From Balanoglossus misakiensis (Eukaryota; Animalia; Hemichordata), in the NCBI GenBank assembly GCA_040954595.2, contig CM082590.2, forward strand, positions 10,442,088 through 10,506,087: 64,000 bases of DNA, written 5' to 3'. The first letter of the stretch is position 1. Every line of letters starts with the position of its first letter. Both the position numbers and the translations under genes were made by a program. The notes below the pieces were generated by a model. That model searched no databases. It worked only from the letters and a program-made list of their open reading frames with translations, and was not told the origin of the DNA. This document shows, piece by piece, positions 10,688 to 25,728 of this stretch.

Positions 10688-11435
10688 TTTTGTGATATTA
10701 TTTTTTTCAAAAACCAAAAAGCGAATAATCACTTTTGTGTATTTCATTTGCCATTGTATGTCCACAGTTATAGATCTAATGTATACACTAGCAGATATTC
10801 GCATTTAATTAATATCATGAATTTATTTTTATTTTCACAGAATCTAAACGTAAAGCTGTACCCAGGCTGACGCCGAATTGAACTCCGCTGTTAATTAAGA
10901 CCAGAGGTGAGACGGGCCGACTACAAGCGCCATCACGTTGGATCGGCAACGCGACAATTCGCAGGAGTGTGCTCATTGACAGAACCGCAAGGCATTGTGG
11001 GATATCATACACACCCCATAAATAGATGTGGCCCAGTGAGATCCTGTGTTCTTCCCTGAGAGGAATATAGAGTACCATCTATACCCAAGGAGCATAACGC
11101 CGTTCACCCAGTAGCCAACACGTCGCAAAGTAGACATTCAACATCCGCTGTTAGGTAGGTGTACGTCTCACGTACATTTTGTTGTTTTGTGCCTCGAGCG
11201 CTGTATTATTCACGGGCTGCAGACGACAATGCGATAAAAACACCTGTTTAGCGGATTCGCGCGACCCATACATCAATGCATTCATGATTAGTCGTGAGGT
11301 GACAAATCAAAGCGACATTATGATCGCTATCGCCCAAATTTCATCAAAATCAGGTCATAAATCATGTGTTATCTGTTATAGCAGAACGTACATGTTGTCA
11401 GGTAAGCTTGTGTTTTTCGAATGCTGTGCGTGCAC

Positions 11436-11551
11436 TCGATTTTGGTACAATTCGCTCCATATAGCACTCGCCTGACGGCTCGTGCTATATGTCTCGAATT
11501 GTACCCAAACCTCGCGTATACCCGCCTGCGGCGGGGGTTATTGCTTAAATA
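11436..11551. mobile_element. Double-hairpin terminal fragment of a non-autonomous element, possibly CryptonV-like
   Basis: An imperfect ~69-bp palindrome (11441-11509) is followed by a GC hairpin CCCGCC-TGC-GGCGGG (11521-11535) and then TTATTGCTTAAATA (11538-11551). The family label is from recalled resemblance only. Confidence 0.45.
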
Positions 11552-14261
11552 GTTTATATTTGCCAGTGGCACAAGATGAGTATATGCACAATATGTGTGG
11601 CCTTTCTTTTCATTAAACATAAATGGTATTAATAGATCGAAATATGTAACAATTACTGTTATGAATTTAAATGATATTACTTACAATATTTAGTTTTATT
11701 AACCCAAACCGACATGGCAACTTATCGTAAACACCATATGGCAGACTTAATCTTCTTTGAATCACACGGGCAGCATGATAAATTCTAACCATTAAAAGAT
11801 GAAAATCTATCTACTTTTTCGTAAATAAGGAATTTTCATAATCGCCCAAAACGAAACAATAAAATATAGTGTTGTTTTTACCGATATCGCAGACTACTAC
11901 CGTGTCAAGTGGTACTGATACATCTGTGCAGGAAAAGACTTAATCAGGTAGCCGTTTACTTAGATTACTGGCGGAAGTTCACTCAATAACTTCCATTTTA
12001 TGCTCTAACTTAAGCACTAAAACGTTTACGGAAGTTGTATCGTAAGCGCTCATAGTCTGAGCACTTAAGGAGCAGTTCGCCGTAGGCATCGGATGCTTCA
12101 TATATCGTCAGTTGAAAACGCCGAGGTCGATATTCATCATTTTAGCGATGCAGAATTAAGTTGAATGTGGGCAATAAGTAGACTCAACAATATGCTTGAT
12201 TTACACGTTTATTCGCAATTTCTCTGGCATTCGCATGAGGTGGTATTACAGACGGGCATTTAGAGCACAAATTGAGTGAGAAATTGTTGCTATAAATTTA
12301 GCGTTTATTCGCGGATGTTGAACTCGTGCCACGCGATTAATCACAACCGCAGGAAGAAAGTATTTATGGCTTGGATTGCCTTGCCCTTTAAGTGCAGTGT
12401 TTTCATACGTTCTTGCATCATCTTGTCCTAATATGCTATTGTGTTTTGTTAAAGGGACAAAGTCTCTGTCTCGCTGCCCTTTTTCCATTAAAGGGACATA
12501 TTCACGACCTCCTTACATCCTAAAATTAATCGCGGTAGCAGATAATCAAGTTTGAACTTATGTAAAAAAAAATGTGTGTTTGAAACTAGGTTATCAGTAA
12601 ATCAACAGTGAAGTAAATAAATTTGGTTAGCTGGAGTGTAATTTTCACTCAAGATTGTGAATTTGCATACCTGGCGACCTACATTGTGTTCTGGAATTAC
12701 TCTTTAATATTCTAATTGAAAGCAACATCGCTGTGACCCCAATTAAACATAATTTCCATTACAACTTCTACACTGTCTAGTAAGAATATTGAGTACCAAT
12801 CAAGTTATTTGATTTGACAAATTACCTCTACTCTATGCCTCGGTGTGATAAATTGTTTATATTTTGCAACCTCTTTGATATTAAAATGTGCAATTGCGAA
12901 ATTATCATCAAGAAATTATCATCAATATAGCGCTACGGGGAGTTAATGACCACGGAAGTTAGTGCAATCACACTCAATTTGATCCTTTCATTCGTCTGAG
13001 AATGCATTCTTATGAGGTTGTCATTTATACAGTAGAGACATTAATAGTAGAAATGATAAACGAGGCATGAAGTTGCCTATTTTCCATTTTATAGTCGCTC
13101 TGGTGATAGCATTCTGAAAGAGTACATTATTTGATTAAAAGTTAAAATAATGAAAGTCAGTGTTGAAATGGTAACTCAGATACATAAGAACACACGTACG
13201 TATACCATAGTACGTGCAAGCGTGCATGTGTGTGTGTTTAGAAATCGCTCCAAATTTTGGTGATCAACGTTGAACAGTCTTTAATGTCCACTTTGGCAAC
13301 GTAGGAGTTTGCGAATTAATTGAAATGTTCAAGAAGCATGATTTCGCGATTATTTGATATGTAGACTCATTCACATCAACGCCATCAAGTTGATAACATT
13401 CATCTTGCCAGTTCGTCAGACAAAAAAATGTAGAGATTCACTTTAATAAAAAGAACATGAGAGTTTGATTTCCCCAGAGTCATTTCCACATCAAGTAACA
13501 GCTGATGTGTAGTTTCATTTCATCGGCAAGCTAGTGTGAATTTCCTTGGTATCTAGACAGGTTTTGTTTAGTTCGGGAAAATACGAACAGTCAGAATGGT
13601 ACTAGTAGTAGCATGACAGATCTACCAGGACCTACTTGTCAATATAATCAGAAAAAGTAAATATTGTAACTCAGGATTAACCGCGCTTCTCAACAAAAAG
13701 CCAAGCACTTCCTTCTCGTAAGATATAGTTGCATATAGTATGTTAGAAGCCCCAGCTCACATTTTGTGAGATCCATTTTGTTTTTCGTTGCGTAATGTAG
13801 AAATCTGTGATGTGCATTCCCATTATAACGTAGCAGTGCAGAAATATGTTTCAGAGACCCTCGTGTATTCACGTACATGTTTCATGCAAAACAATTTGTT
13901 TACATTGGAAGATCTTATATCCACAGCTGTTGTTTGCAAATAAAGAAAGATTCGTAAGTGAAAGAGATTCAACTCATTTCATATGCCGCCTTTAAAAAGA
14001 CGGTCTTGAAAACCACGTATAAGTATTTGCAGATGCAGCCCTTCACCAAATGCCCCATGTTTAGCCAAATTAGATTGATTTGTTCTGCGTAGTAGATGCT
14101 GTCTGGCTTCAATTTGCCGTTTTTACGCGCCTGTCTTCTATGGACGCCGACAACCACCTGTTATTAAGCATGGTGCTGGCGGCAAGCTTTGAACATTGAA
14201 GTGTGTGGAACTGTGGAACTACTTGTGCTAGAATCATACCAAGGGTGGGAGCCAGATGGTA

Positions 14262-14307
<46 letters not shown>

Positions 14308-14343
14308 CGTCCGTCCGTCCGTCCGTCCATCCACCCACCCACC
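14262..14343. repeat. Compound tetranucleotide microsatellite (TCTG)n(TCCG)n(CCAC)n
   Basis: Directly visible. Confidence 0.95.
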
Positions 14344-14939
14344 ATTACAAGATCTCTATTCCTGCAATTTGTATTCACATATAATATTGTACAGAACCAT
14401 GTGGCACTGTGCACTCTTTTCTAAATTTGGAATTTGGCAGTGTTTTGTTACTACAAATGTTGTGCTAAAAATATACCAGGAAGATAGCTAATTATGGGTA
14501 GGTGGCTGGTAATAGGAAATTGTTATAGGTTTGACACAATGGCATATTGATTCCTAAAATAGGTATAGAAAGATGAAAATGTATAGAATATATGCCTTAT
14601 TACCATTATTGATATAACGATCATGTTATTTGGATGTCGTGAGCTTTTCTACCAAACCGTGGTCAACAACACTTGTGCCAGTTGATGGGCAAATCAAAGT
14701 GAATCCCTAACTACTTTTTTGTCAGTTGCTTTTTGTCAATCAGCTATGTTCCAGTGATATGAATTTTAATTAGATGTCGCTTTTTTCGTCGCGACAGTGC
14801 ACATAACCAAACTCAAATCCGAGCGGACGTTTCTGAAAGGACAGATAGTCATCTGCTACTATTATATCATAAGCCTATTGTCTAGTTTACAATTCAGATA
14901 ATATATTCCTCATAAAAAATCAGCACATGCAAAGAATTA

Positions 14940-15141
14940 CTGTAAAACGCGTTATTTTCGCGACAGGAAATTTTCGCGATATCAAAAGAGGCAACTATAA
15001 TGCGAGGATTAATTGTCGCATTCTCGTATTTCACTAACTGCACTCCGAAAAACATTTTAAGCGACTTTTTATTTTCACCCTTTTTTGGTTCTCGCGTATT
15101 TCGCGGAAATTTATTGCTTGCGAAAGTAACCCATATTACAG
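14940..15141. mobile_element. MITE family A copy 1 (TA TSD, Tc1/mariner-like)
   Basis: TA|CTGTAAAACGCGTTATTTTCGCGA ... TGCGAAAGTAACCCATATTACAG|TA. Imperfect TIRs, and homologous to 25729-25926 and 60943-61108. Confidence 0.85.
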
Positions 15142-17477
15142 TATATCGTGACGTGGTTTATCACGCACACCAGTGTCTCACACTGACAATTGCAAGCTGC
15201 TGCGCTATTATAAACTTAAAACCAGCCATTCTATATTGTTAGAAAAGAAACGAATACTGCATGATCTATATAAGTGGGAACTATAAAGCTCCATTGATCG
15301 TGGCAGCAGTGTCATAAAATTACCGCGGCGAATTTTTTACGAGTGTTAATATTCTGTGTCGGTAACATTCTGCTGGTCTGTCACGCGCAGCAGAAATTAT
15401 TAAAATGTTGTCTGCTCGTGTTATACCATACAAGTCTTCGGGGGATTAGCATAAGCAGCAGACGACAAAGATGGTGGAATAAACAAGCTCTTCTTATACC
15501 AGGTTCACACAGGGTAATATTCGAAACGTTTCATTGGAAAATGATAAATGCCAATGAACGGATGAGTGAGTGAATGAATGAATGATGGAATGAACGAATA
15601 TAAGCAGATTATACTCGTGCCCTTTTAGCAAGATGTTACACTGTTAATGCAAAAAGTCCAGTTGGCACTCATAAACACCACGAAGTGCTGGTTTTATTAT
15701 TTTAATTCCAAGTCTCAGTATTGTGCAGTGGTTCAGTAATACCATAATGGCAATCATTAACATTAATCTCTTCAAGTATTTTCGATATCATCATATTTTG
15801 TATTTAAATCACGACATGTGACTTTCACAGAAAACCATTAAACAAGTACTGTCGCATAGAGGCTAACAACGGAATAATCACGACAGAACTGCGTAACTGT
15901 TTGTGTCTATTTCCACACATTTAAATGTTTTCCGGGAAAATCGTGATGCTTATCAATAAACGTAGAGGTGAGGCAGGAACATTTCCCAGAACTGAAACCT
16001 GCACTTTCCAATCGGTTCATATTGGTAACTTCTTTTCTGCTTTAGGCAACGGAAATACATGACGGATAATAATCGATTATACTGCCGCAATTCTCTTGCT
16101 CTTAACCATTCAAAACAGGATGGCCACTTTTCCTCTATAATGTGAGCTTGCGATTATCCGTATAAAAAACAACATGTGCTTCCACACAATGATGTAAAGC
16201 CCACTTGTGCATAAATAATCATGATTGAACTTTAAAACAAACGTTATATCATCGTAATGTCACACACAGTTGCACACAAAATGTAACATCGCGTTTTTAA
16301 GTAGTGGGTTCTTTATTTTTGTTGTACCTTGTGCAGTCAATCCATCCTTTTACGTAAAGGAATTGCTTCGTACTGAATTTAAAAATAAACTATGTATTTA
16401 CAGTAACAGATGGTGAAATACACGATTGTGTGTGTATGTGTGAATATGCGACTGTCCATGTATATTGTATTTGTGGATATGTATATATGTGTGCATGCAT
16501 GCATGTATACAGCCATGTATACACGCATATGACATGGTTATGTAAAAGAGTTCAATCCTTGCCGATGAAGGCTCTTATCGATTGTCGATTAACATCAAGA
16601 AGTTCTGAAGCATAATTTGACGAAAGTGCTCATGCACCAATGAAAGCATGGCGCCAGTTTGACGTACGGCAGTCTTACATGTTTGCACCATCTAACAGTA
16701 ATTTTTCGCTACAATAATACTATCACTTTCTACCATATATTTAATTGTAGTGATTGTACCTCAAATTGCTTTTATTTCATCAATTCCGTCAAGTAATATT
16801 TGGTGTGTGAGATCCATGTTAATCATAAGGTCCCTATATTTCATCCAGTTTCACTACATTTCAATTAATTGTTTGATTCCATAAAGGAGATCGCGCAAAA
16901 AAATATATTTTTATTTTGGCTGTAATGCCGGTGATCACACACAAATTCACTTTTAAGTTCCACTGTAATGGAACACGAAACGACCAATCATGTTTAAGTA
17001 ACCCATTGTTGATGTCTTCTATCGTTAACCGCGCATTTCAACTTGGCCACTCGCTAGCTATAAATGGCTGTTTAAAATATGATTTCTCTTGAAGTTTGAA
17101 TGCATGCTGAGTGTTGCCTTAATTACAAGAAAGGAATTGTATCGATTGATGGATGTCGCTACTAGTTTACCTTGCGGTGGTCGTCTGGGCAGGGAACAAG
17201 TAAGGATTGTTAAGTGGATGCGATCGATGACAGCTAATTCACAAATTGGACTGTGCTTGTTATAGTCCAAGTCTGTAGGGAGTCTTCATTTGTGTATATA
17301 TTGGCCTTTCTGTGGCTCTCCAGCATCAATACACGACTAGTGTCTGTGGAAGTTTGATGAAGACCAAAGTAACATTCAACCTCACCACACGTTCTTCCAC
17401 GACTTGCATCCATCTGACATAACATAGGGTACAGTACAACTCAAGAATTCATGGCATTCATGAACAACAGGTCACAG

Positions 17478-17610
17478 CACACAACACAACACAACACAAA
17501 ACAATGCAACAAAACAAAACACAACAACACAAGACACCACAACACAAGACAACAACAATACAATGCAACACAACACAACATAACACATCACAACACAACA
17601 CAACACATCA
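17478..17610. repeat. Degenerate (ACAAC)n pentanucleotide repeat
   Basis: Directly visible, followed by an (AACTA)-like stretch. Confidence 0.85.
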
Positions 17611-20151
17611 CAGCTAAGAATGTAAATGAAATCAAACTAAACTAAGCCAAACCGAAGTTAATTAAATCCAACTAAACTATTTTAAACTAAACACATCGGC
17701 TGACGTGCAATCATAATATAGTTGTGATGTTAACATCCCCGAATATGCGGCAGTGATTATCCAGTTATAATGGCCAAGGCCACGCAAAATGCACCCTGGC
17801 TGGAAATCCTCTCTCATCATTAAATATGCTTCGCAAACACCAACGCCCTCTCCTTGGCAGATGAAAAAGAATTAGGTCAGCTAAAGTTTCCGCTAAGCTG
17901 AAAATGAAACGATTGTGTTTCAATTTAGACTGCAACATGCTGTGGAATGTTTGTCATTAAAGATTTCCGAGTTAGTTTCTCCTCGTAGCTTTTTGACCTC
18001 AGCATTATTACTTTTGTTAAATTGGGGTGTGTGTACTTTAAATTATAGCTTAATGAAGTTAGAAATATTTTGTTCCCATTCTAATTAAGTTACAGTCAGT
18101 TGCACCAAACCTTCACTTGCTGAGGATGTTGTGTAAGAACTTAAAAGTGAAGCAGTCGACGTGCCCCACACAGTTGTATGATCAGTGGGTTCTTCTTCTG
18201 AAATTATGTTGGGTATCTTTGCGTATTGTTGTTACCACGATCGAATCAACCATAGACTGCTCCTTGTAATCTACAGTAAGCATAGCCTTGGTACCAATCT
18301 CATTTCGGGATTGAATTACTTCAGTTTATTTAGCAGGTGAATTAAAACTAATATATATTTACTATTAATGTACATTGAATCAATAATTTAATTATTCTGA
18401 GTGAGGTTTTTTGCACCTCCTGAGGAAATTATACTTTAATTTTGTCCAGTAGCTGCAAACCTAATAGTGGCATACTTTGCAATCTCACACCATATGCTGT
18501 CTGTAAATGTCACTGCGACACTTTGTTTTTACCTCAAAGGAAGCCGAACGTCATTATATTTTCTACTTCCACTGGCAAGGCACACAGAGTGGTTGATTGC
18601 ATGCATCTAACATGCATGCACCTGTCATAGCAATTAGCAGCGTCAATCACATTAGATTTATGTTAATTGCAATGAATACATGTTCAATTAATTAATTGAT
18701 CATCAAATTTCACACGGTGTACTTGGACCTGCTAGACAATGTTAAAGCCTTGTTAGACACCTCCTCTTCTAACCTTGGAATATATTTTGACAAACTTTGA
18801 AAACATCTGCATACAACATGAGATGATGTCATCACTCTGATATTGGATGTGCTTGACCTTAAAATTAACATTTTTGGCCAAACGCTTATGTCTACATGTT
18901 GACGCCTTAAAGTGCAAATGAACTTGTATGTATATCATAGCCCTGCATTCACTGTATCTGTGAGGTCAAAATTGTACTAAGAGTACAAGTAAAAATGTCC
19001 GTCATTATTTTTCAAAGTAGTCGGATTATGTGGTTACAAAGGGCGAAAATCTACTCATCGTAGGAGTGTGATCCCCATGGTTCCATGATTCAACAAAGGA
19101 CATCAAAACACAGCAGCTGTGAATAATCCTGACTCCATCCTTTTTTCATCATTCCTATATCCATACTTTGTCATACGACTGATAACAATCTCAGCATATA
19201 ACACATGACTGTGATTCAAACCATTTTCTCTTCTGTGTGGCAGTAATATACAGTCACGTACCGATACATCATCCATCTGGATTGTAAGCAAGGTCTCACT
19301 TATAATAATAAAGACAGAATGTTAGATTTTAGTCTAATATATTTACCAGTGCAGTATCCTTGCTGTATATGCTCAATTGCCATGGTAACTAACGCTATTA
19401 TTGTCATTAATAGTCTAATAGAGCTTCTAAGGGGCCGCTTTGTCACAGATTAAGTGGTGTATTTGTCAATCACGAACATTTCAACCGTAGCCGGACCAAC
19501 AGGCAAATTCAGTAGCTAGTAGACATCCAAGTATGAGTAGACTGGAACTTTAATTTGGTCATGCAAGTTCAAACTTTCAAAGCAAAATGTAAGTCATAAC
19601 ACAACCCCTTTCAAAGTAAGACCATAGACATTTCAAAAGCACCGCTTAAAGTACACTTAAATCAGTGACTTCCGTGACAGCTGTTACGAAGAACAATGAC
19701 AGTGAACTCTGAAATAACATAGAACGTCAGTATTCAAATTTAGGTCAATAACCTCCCAGGTGCAATAAGACTCACCTTGACCAAAACATTTTCCAATTAT
19801 ATGAACTTACAAGTGATGTTAATGCCCAGGGGATTTCATCCTTTCTAAAAATCCCCATGACATTGATATCATTGGCCAGTACCATTACACACTTGGGTAT
19901 CAAGGAGAGCTTTGGGGATATGTGTGTGGTTTGAAAGATAAATCACGCTAAGAGAATATTTCTGATTGCACGCCGTGCATTTTGAGTCGGGGAATCTTAA
20001 ATGGATGGTGTTGCTTCCATGAGCATCCCATCAATGTGCGTAAGTGCATTTCGTGGTTTCAAGGCTACATGATTATCATTTGGCTTCATTAGTGTCAAAC
20101 AAAAGTGAGCTTTAGTGGACTGTATCGATTTAATGTACTGAGAGAGCTTAA

Positions 20152-20386
20152 AGGGAAGGGGTCGTCGCGCCGTGTGGGTGTCCCCCTTGACGAGAATATG
20201 TCCTCTCATACCAGCACAAACCCCACTGCAGTCGCCACGACCTACTAGGATCTTCAGTTGCTGTCATGCCCAGTCTATGCTACGGTTGGCTGCTTCGTTC
20301 ATTCTGAGAATTATCTAATTTTAGGGATTTGTGGATGAATTGTAATGTTTATAAATAAACAAACACAGCGCGACGACTGCTTCCCT
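20152..20386. mobile_element. MITE family B copy 1 (TTAA TSD, AG..CT termini; Kolobok-like)
   Basis: TTAA|AGGGAAGGGGTCGTCGCGC ... GCGCGACGACTGCTTCCCT|TTAA. Colinear with 48462-48693. Confidence 0.85.
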
Positions 20387-21811
20387 TTAAGGATAGATAT
20401 GTATGTATGTGTGTGTGTGTGTGTACCTTACATGTACAAGTATGTTTGTATGCCACCCACATTCATTTATGATTTAGCCAGTATTACCTCAAGGCAACAT
20501 ATAAGTTAAACTACATTTGGCAGGGACTTTCTTTCACACAAGTCTGCAAATGTTTTAATATCAGCAATGTTTACAGTGAACGCTGATTTCAAATCCCCAG
20601 CGACCTGAAAGACCGGAAAACATATGTACGATGTTAAGTGATGTGTCATTACTCAGAGAAGCTCACTGTCACTACTGCGCACGTCCATTAGTTCCGCATT
20701 ACTACAAGTGCATGTGTCTTTTACAAGGTAATCGCCGTTAATGTAAACTTTGTTTGGATGAGCAATGACGTCGCTTATCATGAACCTGCAAAGTGAAGTC
20801 AAGGTCACCTTTAAAACGCCTTTAAAACGTCAACATCTAAGTTGTCAGCTTTTAACAAACAGTTCAAAGTTCTCGTGATAACATACGAAATAACCATGCA
20901 CAAATACATGCGAAATAATTGCAAAATAAATTTGATATTGTTTCTACTATGATGTCCAAACCTGCTGAGCAGAGAACGCGTATATTCAAAATCCCTGATC
21001 ATCTGTATGTGTGTTCCAGAAAAGAAAAACACTCGTGTTCGAATAGTAATGTTTTTGTAATGGCTTTTAACAGCCATATCCTGAGATGCATTATATCATT
21101 TCCTTTGTGACGTTGTGCCTTAAATAACTGTCAGCATGGTTTAGTCGCGAGGCGCCATCAAGAGAATCTTTTACTGCAGAAAGTACATACACAAATGATT
21201 CAATGCAAAGATGGACCGCTGTGACATTTCGGTTCTGGTGACACAAATGTAGGATGCAATACAGATGTTGACTATCCTGCCCAGAAGGGTCAGGTGGTGC
21301 ATCGTGCACCGCCCCAAACACGCAAGAAAGACTATGTACATACATTTCAGGTGATAGTCTTTGGAGAGTTCGCGACATGAAATGCTGAAGTTACAAAAAG
21401 ACCTGTTATTTTCTTAAAATACAGGTATAAGGTACACAAGATTTAACTGTAGTATGGTTTTCACAGCATCTGTGGAATCATATCTGAATGAGTTGAAAAC
21501 CTGAATTTCTCTCATTGATATGTGGATCACGTATGCAGCAAATTCTCTTTTCTACGGCATTGTTTTTCTCAAAATTGAATTATGCGGTCGTTTCCTTGAA
21601 AATAAATTACAACACGTCCTCCTTGCTGTTTTACGATCTTTGTGATAGCTTTTTTGATATATGTTTGTAAAATATACGTCGTCTATATATGATTCATGAT
21701 TCAAATATAACGACCCATTTTTTCGTGCTGTGCTAAAAATATAAATCTCAATTGAAGGTTCTTAAACTTTTCTACAAAACTACCAGGCAAGCAACCGAAC
21801 AATCAGCCAGC

Positions 21812-21877
<66 letters not shown>

Positions 21878-21908
21878 TTCTAACCAACTAAATAATTAAC
21901 TAACTAAT
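21812..21908. repeat. (CTAA)n tetranucleotide microsatellite
   Basis: Pure run to ~21876, degenerate beyond. Confidence 0.95.
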
Positions 21909-24900
21909 GGCTGATTGACTGACTGACTAATTTATGCAATCTAGCTTTCAAATCAATTGACAATTTAACTTAAAAACTAAACAATCATCTTTAGGTTAGT
22001 GACTACAAATTATGTTTGTTATATATATACGTTAGCTATCTTAACCAAGCAAGCATCATAGCCAAAGTACATGTAATATTTCAAGCTATACATGGACACA
22101 CATTGGTTTTCTGTTTAAGTGCAGTGAAGAATTTAACTGTCCGTTGTCTGATATGAGGATTTATTGGGGATTGCCTTGATGGATTTTTCCTGTACTGAGA
22201 CGTCTGATTGATATATCGATAATTTTACCTTGCCAAGTTATCAAGGCCAATTAATCTACACTGGCTCTGCTGGACTTGTGGAAATCATGACCTTATTGTT
22301 TGTGTGGAGTCACCTGACCTGGGCAAAGCCTTCCTCGGTCAATCTAATTGATGCGAACACGAGCGGCGAAATGTGAACAAGGAAATGCATATCGTTGGGT
22401 ACAAATGTCTTGCATGTTGATGATTGAATCGGACAGTGACCTACGTCTCGCGAATAAAACCGGTCGGATCGAAATTACTCAAACTAATACACACTGCACT
22501 CGGCTGCGTGATGACGAATATATTAACAGCCTTAGCGACAAAATTCAATTAAATCGAGATATGTACACACGTCCATTTGAGTTTTAGATTAGAACAATCC
22601 CGTTGTGGCAGCTTTGGATTATGCTGCATACCACGGCACAGTTTTGCAATTCGGATAACCTGCATTTCGTTCTCTTTGATGTCTTCATCCGCTGATGTGA
22701 TCGACGCTCAAATAGAAATGTGGATGGGTGTAATCAAGTCATTCTATGTGTTACATATGTGTATGATATTAAGTCAGTAGTCAGTTCTACCATATTAAAA
22801 TGTACAATGTACAATGTATTTCCACAAACATAAGTAAAAATAATCGGCTCAAGGGAATTCGGTATGCAAGTTAATCAAACCGCTAGTGCCAACACACAAA
22901 CATTGTCGCGGATATATTATATTACCGGAGAACGGAATTGACTTCTGAGAATTTCATATAACTCATAAAGAAATATGCGTGCATGTGTTTAATGTCATTG
23001 TCAACTTCTGGAAGTAACCTTCAGTTTGTGTGGAATAGTTCATAGAATCAATGCACAATTCTGTTGTTAGTAATTGATCGCTCCCAGCCATCAATTTTAG
23101 TATAATGTGTAAGATTTTATTCCGGATTTTATCGGAGTTCTTAATTTTAATGTCCCTGATAAAAGCATATATAGTATACCGTGAATGTGCAGCTTTGGCT
23201 TGGTTTTTTGTTCTTATATTTCTGGAATTTATCTTCTGTAGGCCACATTCTCCTCTTGTTATGTTTAGATTGATTATTGCTGGTCTATACTGGAGAGAAA
23301 TTACTTGGGTACAAATACACACTGTGGCTATATTGATTGCTGTACCTCTTGGCTGCACTTAACGGTAGATGGAAAGTCAATACACTGCTTTGTATGTCAA
23401 CATAGGTACGGCATCTTGGTGAAATAGGGCCCATGTTTTGGTCATACAGCTTAACATTTTTTAAATGGTGATTGTCTGAAACTTCTGGGTGTTTTTGGTA
23501 TGTTTAGGTTTCTTGTTCTTCTCCCTATACTTAACAGTAATATTAGTATCCACACGTGTCCAGGTTTCTGCTTATTTCATGTACAATCTCGCAACATCTG
23601 GAAAACAGGTGGTGCCTTTCGTAGCAATCGGCTGACGAAATTTTATTTGAAAACATGTCTAAGATAACAGTAAATAACCTACGGACAATCAATAAGTCAC
23701 AGGTGTTCTGGTAATCACTGGTAATTTTACATGACATGAAGTGAATTGTTATCGATGAATCGTGCCCAGAAACTACGTTCCAAGGAAGGATCAAAATGAA
23801 ATCGGTATTTGTAATATAAAAATCGCCCTGTAAGGTATAATAATAAGAAATCAATGATTTACATACGGCTGATTGAAATCGATTTGGTATCAAATTAAAT
23901 TCTTCTTCTCCATGGATGTTCACTTTGAGTATGTACATGATACAAATGTAAGAGGGAGCGAGCGTACATACGCATGTCTGTCTGTCTGTCTGTCCTCGGC
24001 ACATTCATGCCGGTAACTAGGGACACATTTTCTTCATTTCTTTTGAGTCGCTGCTCATAATGCGCATCCGACCTGAGAATGTATCTGAAGGACACCTATC
24101 ATACACAAGAGATTATTTTAATCTTTTAGGTATGCTCCTCGCAATCCGAGACATGTGAAGCACAATCTGATTTAATTCTTTATCATCCACGCTCTCCGAT
24201 TTAGCCTTCGAAGCGTTTTCTCCATCACTCTCCATTTCTGCTGTGTTCATGGGTATCCATAGTGATCACGGATGCATGTATGATGAGCAACAAATCCTCT
24301 CTCCGAATAAGAGCCACTGCGCTAAAGATGATGAACATGATATTCCTTGCACGCGGGACCATCCAAGACAATCCAAACAGGGTTCTTCGACCATTTGATT
24401 AAAACACACCGCCCCCTCCTTCCCTTAGCTTCGAGCATCTAAGCTTTGTATAATACCACCAAGGTCGACTAACAAGATACGTAGTAGCGATCCCTTCCAT
24501 GAAACGTGCGATTTGCGTAGTTGTCGGGTTGGTCTTTGTTATAGCCGTGAAAGTCTATAGAAAGAGTGGAGTTTAAGTACACAGCTACAATTAACGAGTA
24601 ATTGTTGTCTGACACGTGTAACTCTATCAACTATTTAAATTCACACGGACGAATGCGCTATGAAGAACATCTTTCACCACAACAGACAATCAGCACCGCT
24701 CATTTCAGACGAAGACCTTCTGTTTCTATCCCCAGAGTCTATCAGTGACAACAGATACAGCTGTCGAAAGACGTTCCCAATCAGTTGTGACCTGTCGAAC
24801 ACTAGCGCAATAACCATGGCCTTTTTTTCTCTGAATTGTGCTCAAGGGTGTCCACTAATTCATCTGTTCCGTTTCATTCATCATGACTGTCAAAATGTCA

Positions 24901-25728
24901 GACAGAAGGAAAATATTACCGTCGCTGTTTGCCCGAGTGATTTAAACTTATCTCTGACTGAGATTAAAACCTAATGCAGGAAGTATTTTTCTGGAAAATA
25001 GCTGTGTATTATAAATCCGAACTGGAATTAGAGTTAACTAGGTCACCGTTACTAAAGGCGTTAGTAATACTTTGTGGTTTAGTCTGTCCCATCGAAAAAG
25101 CTCTCACATCCGTCGCCAGGCCAACTTGCAACATTGTTCCCTGGCAAGACGATAGTCGTCCTGTCATTTAAGACATAAAACAGTGACTACAAGGTTTGCA
25201 AGATAATTCACTTGATAAGGGGATATGAGATTGTCTTATCCGAAAAACGGACTGCTAAATGTTTAACCCAGTTACATCTGACCACAGAAGATATGCACTT
25301 AAAATAAGTAGATATCTCGAAGGGAGGGGATATGGAGTTGCAATATTGCTGTCCGCAAATCACGACCATATTTACATAAATATTCTTTTTCACTGCTTTG
25401 TTGTGTAATCGGTTGGCCCCCTCTCTAGAACGCCCACACGTATAGACACTGATTTCTGACAGGCGCTTGTCAGAGAGTCAAATGCCAAACACCGTACTGG
25501 CTCAACCATCATTTGTCAAAACGTCATGCACAGCGGTGTAAACACTCCTTTTGAGGTCCCTCGTGTGAGCGTTCTTTTCTCGCGGGTCTATTTACCGATA
25601 ACGACAAGCTGGGTATTTATAGATAGGCGAGGAACTATAATTCCCTCCGCCAAAATCTTATAAAAATGTAAATGATAGATACTGACTCTGTAGCTCGGTT
25701 GGTATTTATCATCTTGCATTAACGTTTA

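Noticed and set aside
22963-24004. 131-aa and 153-aa minus-strand ORFs
   Set aside because: No recognisable domain. One starts in a (GACA) repeat, and several frames are equally plausible after the acceptor near 23830.
24113-24362. Minus-strand hydrophobic ORF (MVPRARNIMFIIFSAVAL...) that joins an acidic/basic ORF with a 1-nt frameshift, like a broken secreted precursor
   Set aside because: It needs an assumed frameshift, has no recognisable homology and is of a length expected by chance.
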